From contig JAJDEI010000109.1 of the NCBI GenBank assembly GCA_029259845.1, forward strand, positions 222 through 64,221: a stretch of 64,000 nucleotides of DNA. Reading direction: 5' to 3'. This document shows positions 52,744-63,094 of the stretch, piece by piece (position 1 is the stretch's first letter; each line of letters opens with the position of its first letter). The stretch comes from Planctomycetaceae bacterium (GTDB lineage: Bacteria > Planctomycetota > Planctomycetia > Planctomycetales > Planctomycetaceae). The translations under genes and the position numbers were made by a program. The notes under the pieces are model-generated. The model did not search any database, was not told the DNA's origin, and worked only from the letters and a program-made list of their open reading frames with translations.

Positions 52744-55700
52744 ATGAAGATGAACTGTTTGCGGACGGCCATTTGGGTCGTCGGATCGATTTCGATTGCG
52801 ATGGCGATGCTGGTGACGTCGCGGATGCGGGCAGCGGAGCCGTCGTTGGCGGACGAGCTGCCGCGGCTGCCGGCCGTTGGGGCATCCGATGCGCTCAAGA
52901 CGTTCACGATTCAGCACGACTTTTCGTTGCAGCTCGTTGCGTCAGAGCCGCTCGTGGCCGATCCGGTGTCCGCGTGCTTCGATGAGTGGGGCCGGATGTA
53001 CGTCGCGGAGATGCACGGATATCCGTACTCGGCGGAGGTTCGCCGGTATCAGCCGAAACCGCTCGGCAAGAAGGACGCGGCGATCATTCGGCGGCTCGAA
53101 GACAAAGATGGCGACGGCGTGTTCGAGAGCAGCCTTGTATTCGCCGACCGCATGAGCTGGGTGACGTCGGTCTGCTGTTACGACGGCGGTCTGTTTGTGC
53201 TCGCTCCCTCGAAACTGTGGTATCTCAAGGATACCGACGGTGACGGGCGGGCCGATGTGCGACGGCTGGTGTTCACGGGGTTCAGCCGGGACAACGTGCA
53301 GGGACTGGCGAACAACCTCAAATGGGGGCCGGACAACCGCATCTCTCTTTCGAGCGGCACGAACGGCGGAGAGCTGATCCGCGGCGGGGAGTCGCTGGGG
53401 AGCCTGCGGGGGGCCGATTTCTGTTTTGATCCCCGCACAATGGAGGTCGAGTTCCTCACCGGCGGACGGCAATTCGGGCATAGCATGGACGACTGGGGCC
53501 ACCGATTCGTCTGCTCCAACAGCAATCACATTCAGCACATTGTGTATGAGCGGCGCGATCTGGAGGGAAATCCGGGGGTATCGGTCCCCAACATCATTCG
53601 GAGTATCGCCGCGGAAGGTCCGGCGGCACCGGTGTTTCGCACGAGTCCCGCGGAGCCGTGGCGGATCGTACGGACACGTCGTCGCGCGGCCGACCCGGAA
53701 TTCCGCAAGCGTCTGCCGCCGACGGAGCTCGTCCCGATCGGCTTCTTCACATCAGCAACGGGCGTCACCATTTACCGGGGAGATGCGTACCCGGAGGAGT
53801 ATCGCGGCAACGCGTTCATCGGCGATGTGGGCGGCAACCTCGTGCACCGGAAGGCACTCGCGCCCAACGGACCGAGCTTTACGGCGACCCGCGCGGAGCA
53901 GGGTGTCGAATTCCTGACGTCGACGGATACGTGGTTTCGGCCGGTGAATTTCGTCAATGCGCCGGATGGTTGCCTGTATATTCTCGACATGTATCGGGAA
54001 ACGATCGAGCACCCGCGGTCGGTTCCCGAAGACATCAAGGCGCATCTGGACCTGGAGGGGGGCGATGACCGCGGACGGATCTGGAGACTGGCGCCGCCGG
54101 GTTGGACGTTCCAGCGGCCCTCGCAGTTGGGCGAGTTGGCGTCTGCCGACCTTGTCAAGCATCTGGAGTCCGCGAACGCGTGGCATCGGCAGACGGCACA
54201 ACGTTTGTTGTGGGAGCGACAGGACCGCACGGTCGTCGACGCGGTGCGAGAACTGGGGAAAACGTCGTCCTCTCCCTTGGGACGTTTGCATGCATTGGAC
54301 ACCTTGCAGGGGCTCGATGCGCTGACGGCTGAGGATATCACCCGGGCGCTATCCGATGAGGATGTGCGCTTGCAGCGGCGGGCTTTGGTCGTCTTGTCTC
54401 AGAACTTGGGGGACGCGGACCGGTCGGTCTCGGTCGGCGAGGAGATGTCAGCGAGTCTGAAATCACTCGCCGCCGACGCCAATCCGCAGGTCGTCGTCGC
54501 ACTCGCGTTGACGCTGCGGCAGTTGAGCGGCGAGCTTCGCTCCGGGCTCTGGCAACAACTGGCCGCGACCGCTTCGTTGATGCCCGACTTGCGAGCCGCG
54601 CTGCTGCTGGGGGCGACGGAGAACCGCGTCGCGCTCATTCGCGGACTGGCGGCCTCGGCCGACGGCGACCGGCTTCGGCTGATGCTGGACCTCACGGAGA
54701 TGGTGGGACTGGCCAACAACGCGGAGGAAGCTGCCGGGGTGCTTGCGGTCGTGGCGGACGACGCCTGTGCGGATTCCGTGCGACCGCAGTTGCTGACCTC
54801 ATTGGGGCGGGGGTTGCGGCGGCGATCCGGTTCCCTGATGGAACTCGTCCGTTCCTCCGCCGTCGCTGCCGGGATTCGCGAACCGATTGAGCGGCTGATG
54901 GCCGAGAGCCAAACAGTCGCGTCGCAGACCGATCGTTCCGATGCCCAGCGGGAGCGGGCAATCGGATTGCTGGCGTATGCTTCGTTTGCCGATGCGGGCC
55001 CGGTGCTGGGTGCATTGCTCACGCCGCAGACATCGCAGCGGCTGCAACAGGCGGGAATCGCGGCGCTCAATCAACATCCCGGGGCCGAAGCGGGGACCGT
55101 ATTGCTGGAGAACTGGGAGTCGTTCAGCCCGGCTTCACGGAAGGCGGCTGTGAGCGCCATGCTGTCGCAAAAGGTGCGGACCACAGCTCTGCTACAGGCG
55201 ATGACGGCCGGGAGTGTCAAGCCGGGTGACCTCGAACCGGCCGACCGGCAGTTGCTGTTGAATCATCCGGACGCGGAGCTTCGGACCCTCGCAGGCAAGG
55301 TGATTGGCCAGCCAACATCGGACGATCGCGAGGAAGTGATCGCCCGTTACGAGCCGGCGCTGGAAACGTTCATCGACGTTGAGCAAGGCCGCGCGGTCTA
55401 CAAGAAAACGTGTGCGAACTGCCACCGGCTGGGGCAGGAAGGGCATGCGGTCGGTCCGGATCTGGTGTCGGTCAAAAACAAATCGGCTCGCGACCTGCTG
55501 ATCGCCATTCTCGACCCGAACCGCGAGCGACAGCCCAACTATGCCAGTTACTCGCTGGTCACCGCCGCCGGCCTCGTGGTGACGGGCATCATCAGCGGCG
55601 AGACCTCCGAAAGTGTGACGTTGCGCCAAGCCGAAGGAAAAGAGGAGACAATCCTGCGCGAGGACATCGAAGTGCTCCGCTCGAACGGCGTATCGCTGAT

Positions 55701-55782
55701 GCCCGCCGGCATGGAAAAGGACCTCAGTCCCGAGCAAATTGCCGCGGTGATTGCGCTGATTCGCGGAGGCAGGGGCCAGTAG
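52744..55782 (+). CDS. PVC-type heme-binding CxxCH protein (dehydrogenase-like beta-propeller, HEAT-like repeats, cytochrome c domain)
   Basis: Signal peptide, DPVSACFDEWGRMYVAEMHGYPY propeller-type N-domain, a long helical-repeat middle, and a C-terminal cytochrome c motif KKTCANCHRLG with a distal Met region (VSLMPAGM). Confidence 0.8.
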   Translation: MKMNCLRTAIWVVGSISIAMAMLVTSRMRAAEPSLADELPRLPAVGASDALKTFTIQHDFSLQLVASEPLVADPVSACFDEWGRMYVAEMHGYPYSAEVRRYQPKPLGKKDAAIIRRLEDKDGDGVFESSLVFADRMSWVTSVCCYDGGLFVLAPSKLWYLKDTDGDGRADVRRLVFTGFSRDNVQGLANNLKWGPDNRISLSSGTNGGELIRGGESLGSLRGADFCFDPRTMEVEFLTGGRQFGHSMDDWGHRFVCSNSNHIQHIVYERRDLEGNPGVSVPNIIRSIAAEGPAAPVFRTSPAEPWRIVRTRRRAADPEFRKRLPPTELVPIGFFTSATGVTIYRGDAYPEEYRGNAFIGDVGGNLVHRKALAPNGPSFTATRAEQGVEFLTSTDTWFRPVNFVNAPDGCLYILDMYRETIEHPRSVPEDIKAHLDLEGGDDRGRIWRLAPPGWTFQRPSQLGELASADLVKHLESANAWHRQTAQRLLWERQDRTVVDAVRELGKTSSSPLGRLHALDTLQGLDALTAEDITRALSDEDVRLQRRALVVLSQNLGDADRSVSVGEEMSASLKSLAADANPQVVVALALTLRQLSGELRSGLWQQLAATASLMPDLRAALLLGATENRVALIRGLAASADGDRLRLMLDLTEMVGLANNAEEAAGVLAVVADDACADSVRPQLLTSLGRGLRRRSGSLMELVRSSAVAAGIREPIERLMAESQTVASQTDRSDAQRERAIGLLAYASFADAGPVLGALLTPQTSQRLQQAGIAALNQHPGAEAGTVLLENWESFSPASRKAAVSAMLSQKVRTTALLQAMTAGSVKPGDLEPADRQLLLNHPDAELRTLAGKVIGQPTSDDREEVIARYEPALETFIDVEQGRAVYKKTCANCHRLGQEGHAVGPDLVSVKNKSARDLLIAILDPNRERQPNYASYSLVTAAGLVVTGIISGETSESVTLRQAEGKEETILREDIEVLRSNGVSLMPAGMEKDLSPEQIAAVIALIRGGRGQ

Positions 55783-56016
55783 CGGCCGCATTAAGAACGG
55801 TCCGGAGGTATCGGCGGCAGACCGGACAACAGCCGCGTTTGCCTCCGACAGACGCTGCCGTTTGACTGGCCTGCGAGCGTGACGTAGGTTTTCGAGGATG
55901 GTCCCTCGCTCTGAGCGCGACGGCCCGGCTTGCCGGGACGATTGCAACGATTCATCAGGTTGCGCATCGGGTCGACGTCCGCCTCTGCCCCTCGCCCGCC
56001 TTGAGTCTCGAGTGGA

Positions 56017-57666
56017 ATGTCTGAAAAAATCGAGAAACTCTCGCCTGCCGATTTCCTGGCCGAGTTGACGTCGCAGAATGACGGAGAGGCGCTGAGGGCA
56101 GCCGTTGCCGAGCCGCCCGCCGGCACCTCAGTTGACCGCGGCCAGTCTCCTCTGGAGACCGGCGAATCTCGGGATACCCAACCGCTCGATACACTGGTCG
56201 CCTCGGTCGATGCGGAGCCGCTTTGCGAGACGGTGGTGACACCGGACGACTCTTCCGATGGCGTCGAGTACGTGAAGTCCGGCCGGGGAGGGGTCTGCCA
56301 GGCGCGGAGCTTCAGCCTTCCGGGCGCGGCACAGGGCAACTCGCAGTTGTCGGAATTGTTTGAACGAGTCAATAACCTGCTGGGGGGATCGGGCATTGGG
56401 GACGAAGAGTTTTGCCCCGCCTGCCCGTCGTCGCTGGAGGAGGCGCAGCTGACCAGCGAGGAAGTCGAGCGGCTGGCACTCAAGTATCTGCTGCAGCGAG
56501 GGTCCGCTTCGGGACGCGAGATTTGTCGGCAGGTCAAGCTGTCGTTCGCGATCATCGACCCCTTGCTCAAGCAATGGAAGAAAGAGCAGTTGGTCGCCTT
56601 CAAAGGATCGGCCGAAGCGGGGGACTACGTTTTTACAATCACCGATTCCGGACGCGACCGGGCCAAACGTTATCAGGAGGAATGCAGCTACTTTGGCTCC
56701 GCACCGGTCTGTTTGGAAGACTATCTGCGGGCCATGGCCGCACAAAGCATTGCCAACCAGGAGGCGACCGAAGAGGACCTCGAACGGGCGTTTTCCGACC
56801 TGTTAATCAGCGACACGATGTTCGAGCGTTTGGGACCGGCGATCAATTCGGGGCGGGGCATGTTTCTGTTCGGCGAACCGGGCAATGGTAAGACCAGTAT
56901 TGCCGAGCGAATCACGTCCTGTTTCGGGTCGACCATCTGGATCCCGCGGGCGCTGGGCATCGATGGCGACATCATCCGCCTGTTCGATCCGGGTGTGCAC
57001 GAAATGGTGGAGTTGGAGTCCGACGAGGACAGCCTGTTCGATCTCTCCGGTGTCGATCCCCGTTGGGTCCGTGTGGTGCGGCCGACGGTTGTTGCCGGCG
57101 GCGAGTTGACAATGGAAGAACTGGAGGTCTGCCAGAATCCCCAAACGAAAATCTGCGAAGCGCCGCTGCAGCTCAAGTCGAACTGCGGGACGCTGGTGAT
57201 CGACGACTTTGGCCGTCAGACGATGCCGGTCGAAGTGCTGCTTAACCGCTGGATCGTGCCGCTCGAAAAACGATATGACTTTCTCAACCTGCCCAGTGGC
57301 AAGAAGCTGCAAGTGCCGTTCGACCAGTTGATCATCTTCTCGACGAACCTGGAGCCGCGCGACCTTGTCGACGGGGCGTTTCTCCGCCGCATTCCCTACA
57401 AAATCGAAGTGCCCGATCCGAGCGAAGAGCACTTTCGCCAACTGTTCGACATCATGGCTCCCAAGCTGGGGCTCGTCCACAGCCCGGACGCGGTCGACCA
57501 TCTGATTGAGAAGCATTACAAGGCGGCCAATCGTCCGTTCCGCGCCTGTCAGCCGCGCGACTTGTTGTTGCAGATTCGCAACTACTGCATCTACCGACGG
57601 ATTCCCAAAAAAGTCACGCCGGAGGGTTTCGACTTCGCCGTGGGGATCTACTTCTCGGTGATGTAG
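56017..57666 (+). CDS. AAA+ ATPase with N-terminal winged-helix-like domain
   Basis: Walker [10 protein letters not shown], Walker [11 protein letters not shown], sensor-1-like IIFSTN, Arg-rich [11 protein letters not shown]. The preceding segment [43 protein letters not shown] looks like a wHTH. Confidence 0.8.
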   Translation: MSEKIEKLSPADFLAELTSQNDGEALRAAVAEPPAGTSVDRGQSPLETGESRDTQPLDTLVASVDAEPLCETVVTPDDSSDGVEYVKSGRGGVCQARSFSLPGAAQGNSQLSELFERVNNLLGGSGIGDEEFCPACPSSLEEAQLTSEEVERLALKYLLQRGSASGREICRQVKLSFAIIDPLLKQWKKEQLVAFKGSAEAGDYVFTITDSGRDRAKRYQEECSYFGSAPVCLEDYLRAMAAQSIANQEATEEDLERAFSDLLISDTMFERLGPAINSGRGMFLFGEPGNGKTSIAERITSCFGSTIWIPRALGIDGDIIRLFDPGVHEMVELESDEDSLFDLSGVDPRWVRVVRPTVVAGGELTMEELEVCQNPQTKICEAPLQLKSNCGTLVIDDFGRQTMPVEVLLNRWIVPLEKRYDFLNLPSGKKLQVPFDQLIIFSTNLEPRDLVDGAFLRRIPYKIEVPDPSEEHFRQLFDIMAPKLGLVHSPDAVDHLIEKHYKAANRPFRACQPRDLLLQIRNYCIYRRIPKKVTPEGFDFAVGIYFSVM

Positions 57667-58029
57667 CGGACCAGATGTTGCGGTCGCCGTGATGGCAAAA
57701 TTCTGCTGCGCACTCGCACTGGCACGAGTATTGCGTCGGATCGAAAAAACTTGTGGGCCTTGCCCGATGGGAATGTCCGGCCCCTGCTTCGGCTCAAAGG
57801 TCCGAATTTGCCGGTCTTGGTCTGGACCGGTGAAAGCCGGGGCCGGTACAGAGGAACGGTTCTGGCAACTGGTGCGGCCACTTGGACTTGGGGAACGCTT
57901 CATGCGATCCGGCCGTTGCCCAGTGTCGTCATCGTCAATGTCCCGCGGGCTTGGTATGCGAGACTCATGCCTGATGGAAGAGCACCCTCTTTGGCGTTTT
58001 GACACCGGCTCTCGTTTACCGTGGGCAAA

Positions 58030-59364
58030 ATGACAATCCCAGCGAACCTGTTCAACAACGCGATGCTGTTGCTGCGAGCCGGCATTCTGGCCGTTCCGCT
58101 TGTCGTGAATGGACAGACGCCCGACTGGGAGGGCACTCCTGGTTCCCGACCGTCCCGGTTCGTGCGACCGGAGAGTACGTCGACGGCGGTGTTGGTGGCG
58201 CGGTTTCACCCAGTGGCGCGCGGCCATTTTCCCGATTCGACTGCGACCAACGTCTCGCTCCCCCAAACAGCAGGCAATCGGATGATTGCTGACGAGTCTC
58301 TCCCGGAGGGGCCGCGGTTCGGGCCGGATCTCGGGAAAGGCGATCTCGGAGAAGGAGAGGATCGTCGATCGCCGGTCACCACGCTTGGGCCACCCGCGTT
58401 TGAGCCGGCTAAGCAAGACGTTGGACCTGCACTGGTCCCGGACGGGCAAGCCGCGCCGCCGAGTTTTCCGGCGGCAGGGGAGCCGGGCTTGGCCGTTGCT
58501 GCCGACCCCTGCTACTGGATCGTCAGCAGTCGTAAGCTGCCGCAGGAATTGCCGCCGCGGGCCCATCAACCGCTGCAAGTCCTTGAAAGACATCCCGACG
58601 GCACACTGCTGCCGAGCGATCTTGGCTCGCTGAGGAGCCGAATTGTGCCGGGCGTTCCAGTGTGCATCTTCGTTCACGGGACGTTCGTGGACATGGAGTG
58701 GCATCAAAGGGAGTCGGCCCGCACTTACGACTGGGTCCGTCAGGCAGCACCGGATCGACCGTTGCATGTCATTTTCTATACGTGGCCCAGTGATACCGAC
58801 AGCACCTGGCGAAGCCCGCTGTTGGTCAAGCAGCGCGGGCGTTGGGCCGAAAACAACGCGTTCTATCTCGCGGGTTTCATCGCCCAACTGCCTGCGGAGT
58901 GTCCCGTCAGTTTTGTCGGGCACAGCCATGGGGCGCGGGCGGTTGTGGCGACGCTGCATGTCCTGGGAGGCGGAACGATCGGCGGCTATTCGTCTTCTGA
59001 CGACACGGGCCGCGCCCGCCGCTATCGGGCCGTCCTTGCCGCAGGGGCACTCGACCGGCACTGGCTCAACCCGGGGCAGCGGTACGAACAGGCGCTCCCT
59101 CGCGCCGAAGGCATCCTCAACCTTCGCAATCCGGGAGATCTGGCCCTGCACTACTACCCGCTGCGGAAGCCGTTTGGGCACAAGGCGATCGGCGAGACCG
59201 GCTTCACGCTCTGGGACCGGGTCCGTCTGGGTGCCCTAAACCCGAAAGCGCTCGACCTCGACGTCTCCCCGTTCATCGGTCTGGGACACACGTGGCCCCA
59301 TTTTTATGGCGAACCCCGCATCGCCCGGGCCATCGTGCCGTACACACACTTCGCCGACCCGTGA
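58030..59364 (+). CDS. secreted alpha/beta hydrolase, DUF900-like
   Basis: Signal-like MTIPANLFNNAMLLLRAGILAVPLVVNG, a low-complexity region, then VCIFVHGTFVD...VIFYTWPSD...SFVGHSHGARAVVATL (GHSxG nucleophile elbow). Confidence 0.6.
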   Translation: MTIPANLFNNAMLLLRAGILAVPLVVNGQTPDWEGTPGSRPSRFVRPESTSTAVLVARFHPVARGHFPDSTATNVSLPQTAGNRMIADESLPEGPRFGPDLGKGDLGEGEDRRSPVTTLGPPAFEPAKQDVGPALVPDGQAAPPSFPAAGEPGLAVAADPCYWIVSSRKLPQELPPRAHQPLQVLERHPDGTLLPSDLGSLRSRIVPGVPVCIFVHGTFVDMEWHQRESARTYDWVRQAAPDRPLHVIFYTWPSDTDSTWRSPLLVKQRGRWAENNAFYLAGFIAQLPAECPVSFVGHSHGARAVVATLHVLGGGTIGGYSSSDDTGRARRYRAVLAAGALDRHWLNPGQRYEQALPRAEGILNLRNPGDLALHYYPLRKPFGHKAIGETGFTLWDRVRLGALNPKALDLDVSPFIGLGHTWPHFYGEPRIARAIVPYTHFADP

Positions 59365-59528
59365 CGTCGCCAGCACGTCGGGTCACTTGGCCCTGGGGCG
59401 CGTTCGCCGTGGGGCAGTGGGGCAGCAGATGCCCGTTTGTCGCAGGCCCAGCGTGGGGGCACGCACAACCCACCGGGTGAGAATAGAAGAATGTTCATCT
59501 TCACTCATTCCGCGCGCACCTTTTCGAC

Positions 59529-60302
59529 TCAGACGACTGACTTCAACAGGACGCCACAGGCATAGGCGAGCGCGGCAGCGCCTCCGCCGACGACGAACGT
59601 CTCTGCGCCGGACCAGTACCACGGTTGGTCGACGAACCGAGACTTGGCAGCACCGACGGCGAAGAAGGCAGTTCCCGTCATGACGGTGCTCCAGGCGTAC
59701 GGCGCGGGCAACTCCCAGCCGAGCAGGATGCGTCCCAAAAACGGCATCAACGGCACGACGCCGACGACCAGGAATGCAGCGAACGTCGCCCCAGCCGCCT
59801 TCCAGGCGATCGGACCGGTCAAAGAAACGCCGTGCTCTTCCTTGAGCATAGTCTCGATCCACTGCTGACGGTTGGAAGTGATGATTTCCACCGCCCGCCG
59901 CAGATCGTCGTTGTCGAAGCCCTGTGATTGCATGATCTGGCGGATTTCTTCCCGTTCTCCATCCGGAAAACGATCGATGTGCTCCTCTTCAATTCGCCGC
60001 AGCCGATGGCGTTGTTGCTCTTCGGCGCGGGTGCCCAGGAAATTGCTCGCCGCCATGCTGAACCCGTCACCAACCAGGTTGGCGACCCCCAGCACGATGA
60101 TGACGCCGGACGACAACCCGGCACCGGCAACACCCGAGACGACCGCGAACGTGGTGACCGCCCCGTCAATCGCGCCGTAGATAAAGTCCTTGAGGTAGCT
60201 GTGCCGCGGACCTTCGCGGAGCCGCTGTCGAATGGCGGCCGGCGAATGCATCTGCTCCAAGTCTTGATCCGACGGATGCACCATGTTGTCATGCTCGTTC
60301 AT
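59529..60302 (-). CDS. VIT1/CCC1-family Fe2+/Mn2+ transporter
   Basis: YLKDFIYGAIDGAVTTFAVVSGVAGAGLS, a cytoplasmic Glu-rich metal-binding helical segment (RAEEQQRHRLRRIEEEHI...EREEI) and C-terminal TM helices. The ATG overlaps the atpG stop. Confidence 0.85.
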   Translation of the reverse strand: MNEHDNMVHPSDQDLEQMHSPAAIRQRLREGPRHSYLKDFIYGAIDGAVTTFAVVSGVAGAGLSSGVIIVLGVANLVGDGFSMAASNFLGTRAEEQQRHRLRRIEEEHIDRFPDGEREEIRQIMQSQGFDNDDLRRAVEIITSNRQQWIETMLKEEHGVSLTGPIAWKAAGATFAAFLVVGVVPLMPFLGRILLGWELPAPYAWSTVMTGTAFFAVGAAKSRFVDQPWYWSGAETFVVGGGAAALAYACGVLLKSVV

Positions 60303-61219
60303 TGGTTGGTCTCAGGCCGCCGTTTGGGGCGTGAGTGCGGCGACGTCAGGGCCTCGAACCCGGTGATGACTTCGAGCAGTTCCTCGGTGACGGAGGTTTG
60401 CCGCATCTGCTGATAGTCGAGTTGAAACTCGCCCAGCCGGTCATGAATGTGCGTCTCCGCCGTCTGCATGGCGGTGATCCGGGCCGCATTCTCGCTCGCC
60501 TGCGACTCGGCACATGCCTGGAACAGTGAGACAAACAAGTACTGCCGCACGACCGCCCGCCAGAGTTGGTCCGGCGGCATCGTCACGAGCGGCAGGGAGC
60601 GCCCGCTCCAGCGACGGGGTTGCTCCGCCAGGAATTCCTGAGGAGAGACCGGAAGCAAGGTCCGCTTGGTCGGTTCGTAGTTCGTGCGGGCGATTCGCCG
60701 GTGATGGCAGACGGCGGCCGAGTCGAAACCGTGGTCCGTCCGCCAGCGGTCGATCCACGGCAGCAGCCCCTGAATCACACCCGTCATCCCGCTGACGGAA
60801 CCGGGCAAATCGAACAAATGATCGATCGAGTGGCCCGCCTCGAAGAGACGGTCGGCCAGCCGGCGGCCCAGCACGACGATCCGCACAGCAACGCCGTCGC
60901 CGCGCGATTGTCTCGCGGTCTCGACCACAAAGTCGCTGATCGACTCATTAAACCCGCCACACATCCCCTGGTCCGAGCCGAACGCGATCAGCCCCAGCCT
61001 CGTCGCCCGGGACGTCGTCTGGTGGGCTGCAAACGCCGCGTTGTTCCACACCAGCATGCGAACCGTCTGTTCGATCGTGTTCTGATATCGGCCCAAAGAC
61101 TCGGCCGCCGCCTCGTACTGGCGGATGTTGACCGCCGCCAACGCCTTCATCGTGCGGACAACCGTTTCAAGGTCTTCCGCCGTGTGAATCTGACGCTTGA
61201 GTGATTCGATTGATTTCAT
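60299..61219 (-). CDS. atpG: F-type (N-ATPase-type) ATP synthase gamma subunit
   Basis: N-terminal MKSIESLKRQIHTAEDLETVVRTMKALAAVNIRQYE and C-terminal ...AMQTAETHIHDRL...QMRQTSVTEELLEVITGFEAL, the gamma coiled-coil termini. Confidence 0.8.
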   Translation of the reverse strand: MKSIESLKRQIHTAEDLETVVRTMKALAAVNIRQYEAAAESLGRYQNTIEQTVRMLVWNNAAFAAHQTTSRATRLGLIAFGSDQGMCGGFNESISDFVVETARQSRGDGVAVRIVVLGRRLADRLFEAGHSIDHLFDLPGSVSGMTGVIQGLLPWIDRWRTDHGFDSAAVCHHRRIARTNYEPTKRTLLPVSPQEFLAEQPRRWSGRSLPLVTMPPDQLWRAVVRQYLFVSLFQACAESQASENAARITAMQTAETHIHDRLGEFQLDYQQMRQTSVTEELLEVITGFEALTSPHSRPKRRPETNQ

Positions 61220-61301
61220 CGACGTGTCCGGATAACAGACAGAGCGTTTGACAGTTCACTTTGAGGAATCATCGATGCTTGTCAACGAATCGACCAATCA
61301 A

Positions 61302-61507
61302 TCAGAGCCCGGAGCGTTAGCGACGGGACAGCTTGTTGCGAGTGGTTTGCTGTTCTCACGTCGTTCGCAAACTCACCTCGTTCTTTAGCTCTGCATCAAT
61401 CTCGTTCCCAAACTCTGTTTGGGAACGCACTTCCACGAAACTTTGTTTCGTGTCCCAGGCGCGTCGACCCCCAGCGGTTATCCCGTCGCTTACGCTCAGG
61501 GCTCTGA
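61302..61507. mobile_element. MITE-like unit (29-nt terminal inverted repeats enclosing two strong hairpins) between atpA and atpG
   Basis: TCAGAGCCCGGAGCGTTAGCGACGGGACA (61302-61330) versus the complement of TATCCCGTCGCTTACGCTCAGGGCTCTGA (61479-61507), 26/29 matches. Inside are CGTTCCCAAAC-tct-GTTTGGGAACG (61403-61427) and CACGAAAC-ttt-GTTTCGTG (61434-61452). No coding capacity. Confidence 0.45.
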
Positions 61508-63082
61508 ATCAGCATCTGGTTTTGAGTCTGCTCCCGTGAGCAAATTGGACTGGTCCTGTTCGAGGAGTCCCTTGGCAACGTCGCCGGCCAGTTCGGTGAG
61601 TCGCTTTCGGTCCTCGTCCGCCAACGGTTCTCCCGCTTCGATCCGCTGACAGACATCGGGGCACTCCTCGAGGACTCGCTGACGGAGGACGGTCTCCGCC
61701 TCGGCGACGCGGTCGAGCGGAAGTGGATCCCAGACACCGGTCGTGGCGGCGACCAGCACGGCGATCTGCTCCGGCACCGACATGCCGTCGGTCTGCTGCT
61801 GCTTGAAGATCTCCCGAACCAGCCGCCCGCGCGTCAAGCGGCTCTGCGTCTCTTCATCGAGACGGCTGCTGAAGCGGGAGAACGCCTCCAGCTCTTCGAA
61901 TTGTGCGTACGAGAGTTTCAAGTCCGAAGCGACCGCCCGATACGCCGAGAGCTGAGTTTTCCCGCCCACACGCGAGACCGACCGGCCGACGTCGACTGCC
62001 GGCAGATTTCCCTTTTGGAACAGTGTGGGAGTGAGTGCGATCTGTCCGTCGGTGATGGAAATCAGGTTCGTGGGGATGTAGGCGGCCACGTTTTGCGCCT
62101 CAGTCGCAGCGATCGGCAGCGCCGTCAGCGATCCGCCGCCGTGCTCCTCGCGGAGATGTGTCGCCCGTTCCAGCAATCGGGAGTGCACATAGAAGATGTC
62201 GCCGGGAAAGGCTTCCCGTCCGGGCGGGCGGCGGAGCAGTAGCGACAGCTCGCGATAGGCCCGCGCATGCGTCGTCAGGTCATCATACACCACCAGCACG
62301 TCGCGGCCTCGAGCCATGAAGTACTCGCCGATGCTCGTGGCCGCATACGGAGCGACGAACTGGACGCCGGGCGGATCGTTCCCTTCGGCCAGAACGACGA
62401 CACAGTTCGTGAGCACGTCGTGCCGCCGCAGCTCATCGATGACACGCGCGACGGCGGCTGTCTGTTGCCCGATCGCACAATAGATGCAGATGACGTCTCG
62501 CTGATTGAGAATCGTGTCGACAGCAACCGCCGTCTTGCCGGTTTGGCGATCTCCGAGAATCAGTTCCCGCTGCCCGCGTCCGATGGGGACCAGCGCATCA
62601 ATGACCTTGATGCCGGTTTGCAGAGGCACGGTCACAGGCAGCCGCTCCATGATGCCGGGGGCATCCCGCTCGCAGGGCCAGCGGATCGACGCCCCCAGCG
62701 GCCCTTGCCCATCCAACGGCCGGCCAATCGGGTCAATCACGCGGCCTAACAGTTCGTTGCCGACCGGCACATCCAGCACCCGGCCGGTCCGGCGGACATC
62801 GTCACCCGCCGCCAGCCGTTGGCCATTGTCGAGCAGCACGACGCCGATCTCGTCTTCATCGAGATTGAACGCCATCCCCATCGCCTGTCGCGGAAACTCG
62901 AGCAACTCCTCCGCCTGGACATCGGGCAATCCTCTCACCCCCGCCGTCCCCGGCCCGACACTCGTGACGACACCGACCTCGACCGCCTCCAGTTTGGGCC
63001 GGTGCGTCGCCAGCACGTCGTCAAAGACTTGAAACGTCTCCTCGATCGCTCCTTGCAGTGATGGCTGACTCGTCGCTGTCAC
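61496..63082 (-). CDS. atpA: F-type (N-ATPase-type) ATP synthase alpha subunit
   Basis: Walker [34 protein letters not shown], and an alpha-type (non-catalytic) overall pattern. The acidic C-terminal extension ends in codons supplied by the repeat at 61479-61507. Confidence 0.9.
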   Translation of the reverse strand: MTATSQPSLQGAIEETFQVFDDVLATHRPKLEAVEVGVVTSVGPGTAGVRGLPDVQAEELLEFPRQAMGMAFNLDEDEIGVVLLDNGQRLAAGDDVRRTGRVLDVPVGNELLGRVIDPIGRPLDGQGPLGASIRWPCERDAPGIMERLPVTVPLQTGIKVIDALVPIGRGQRELILGDRQTGKTAVAVDTILNQRDVICIYCAIGQQTAAVARVIDELRRHDVLTNCVVVLAEGNDPPGVQFVAPYAATSIGEYFMARGRDVLVVYDDLTTHARAYRELSLLLRRPPGREAFPGDIFYVHSRLLERATHLREEHGGGSLTALPIAATEAQNVAAYIPTNLISITDGQIALTPTLFQKGNLPAVDVGRSVSRVGGKTQLSAYRAVASDLKLSYAQFEELEAFSRFSSRLDEETQSRLTRGRLVREIFKQQQTDGMSVPEQIAVLVAATTGVWDPLPLDRVAEAETVLRQRVLEECPDVCQRIEAGEPLADEDRKRLTELAGDVAKGLLEQDQSNLLTGADSKPDADSEP

Positions 63083-63094
63083 GCGCGGCTCCTT

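Noticed and set aside
55791-56603. 270-codon Ser-rich reverse ORF over the start of the AAA+ gene.
   Set aside because: It is the antisense of an acidic low-complexity coding region, with no start context or motifs.
56803-59181. 792-codon reverse-strand ORF spanning the AAA+ ATPase 3' half, the intergenic gap and most of the DUF900-like gene.
   Set aside because: It has R/P/G-rich shadow composition and no recognisable motif, whereas both forward genes carry clear motifs (Walker A/B, GHSxG). Long antisense ORFs are expected in GC-rich DNA. Crossing the 354-nt gap without a stop is unlikely (a few percent by my rough estimate) but not remarkable across a whole window.
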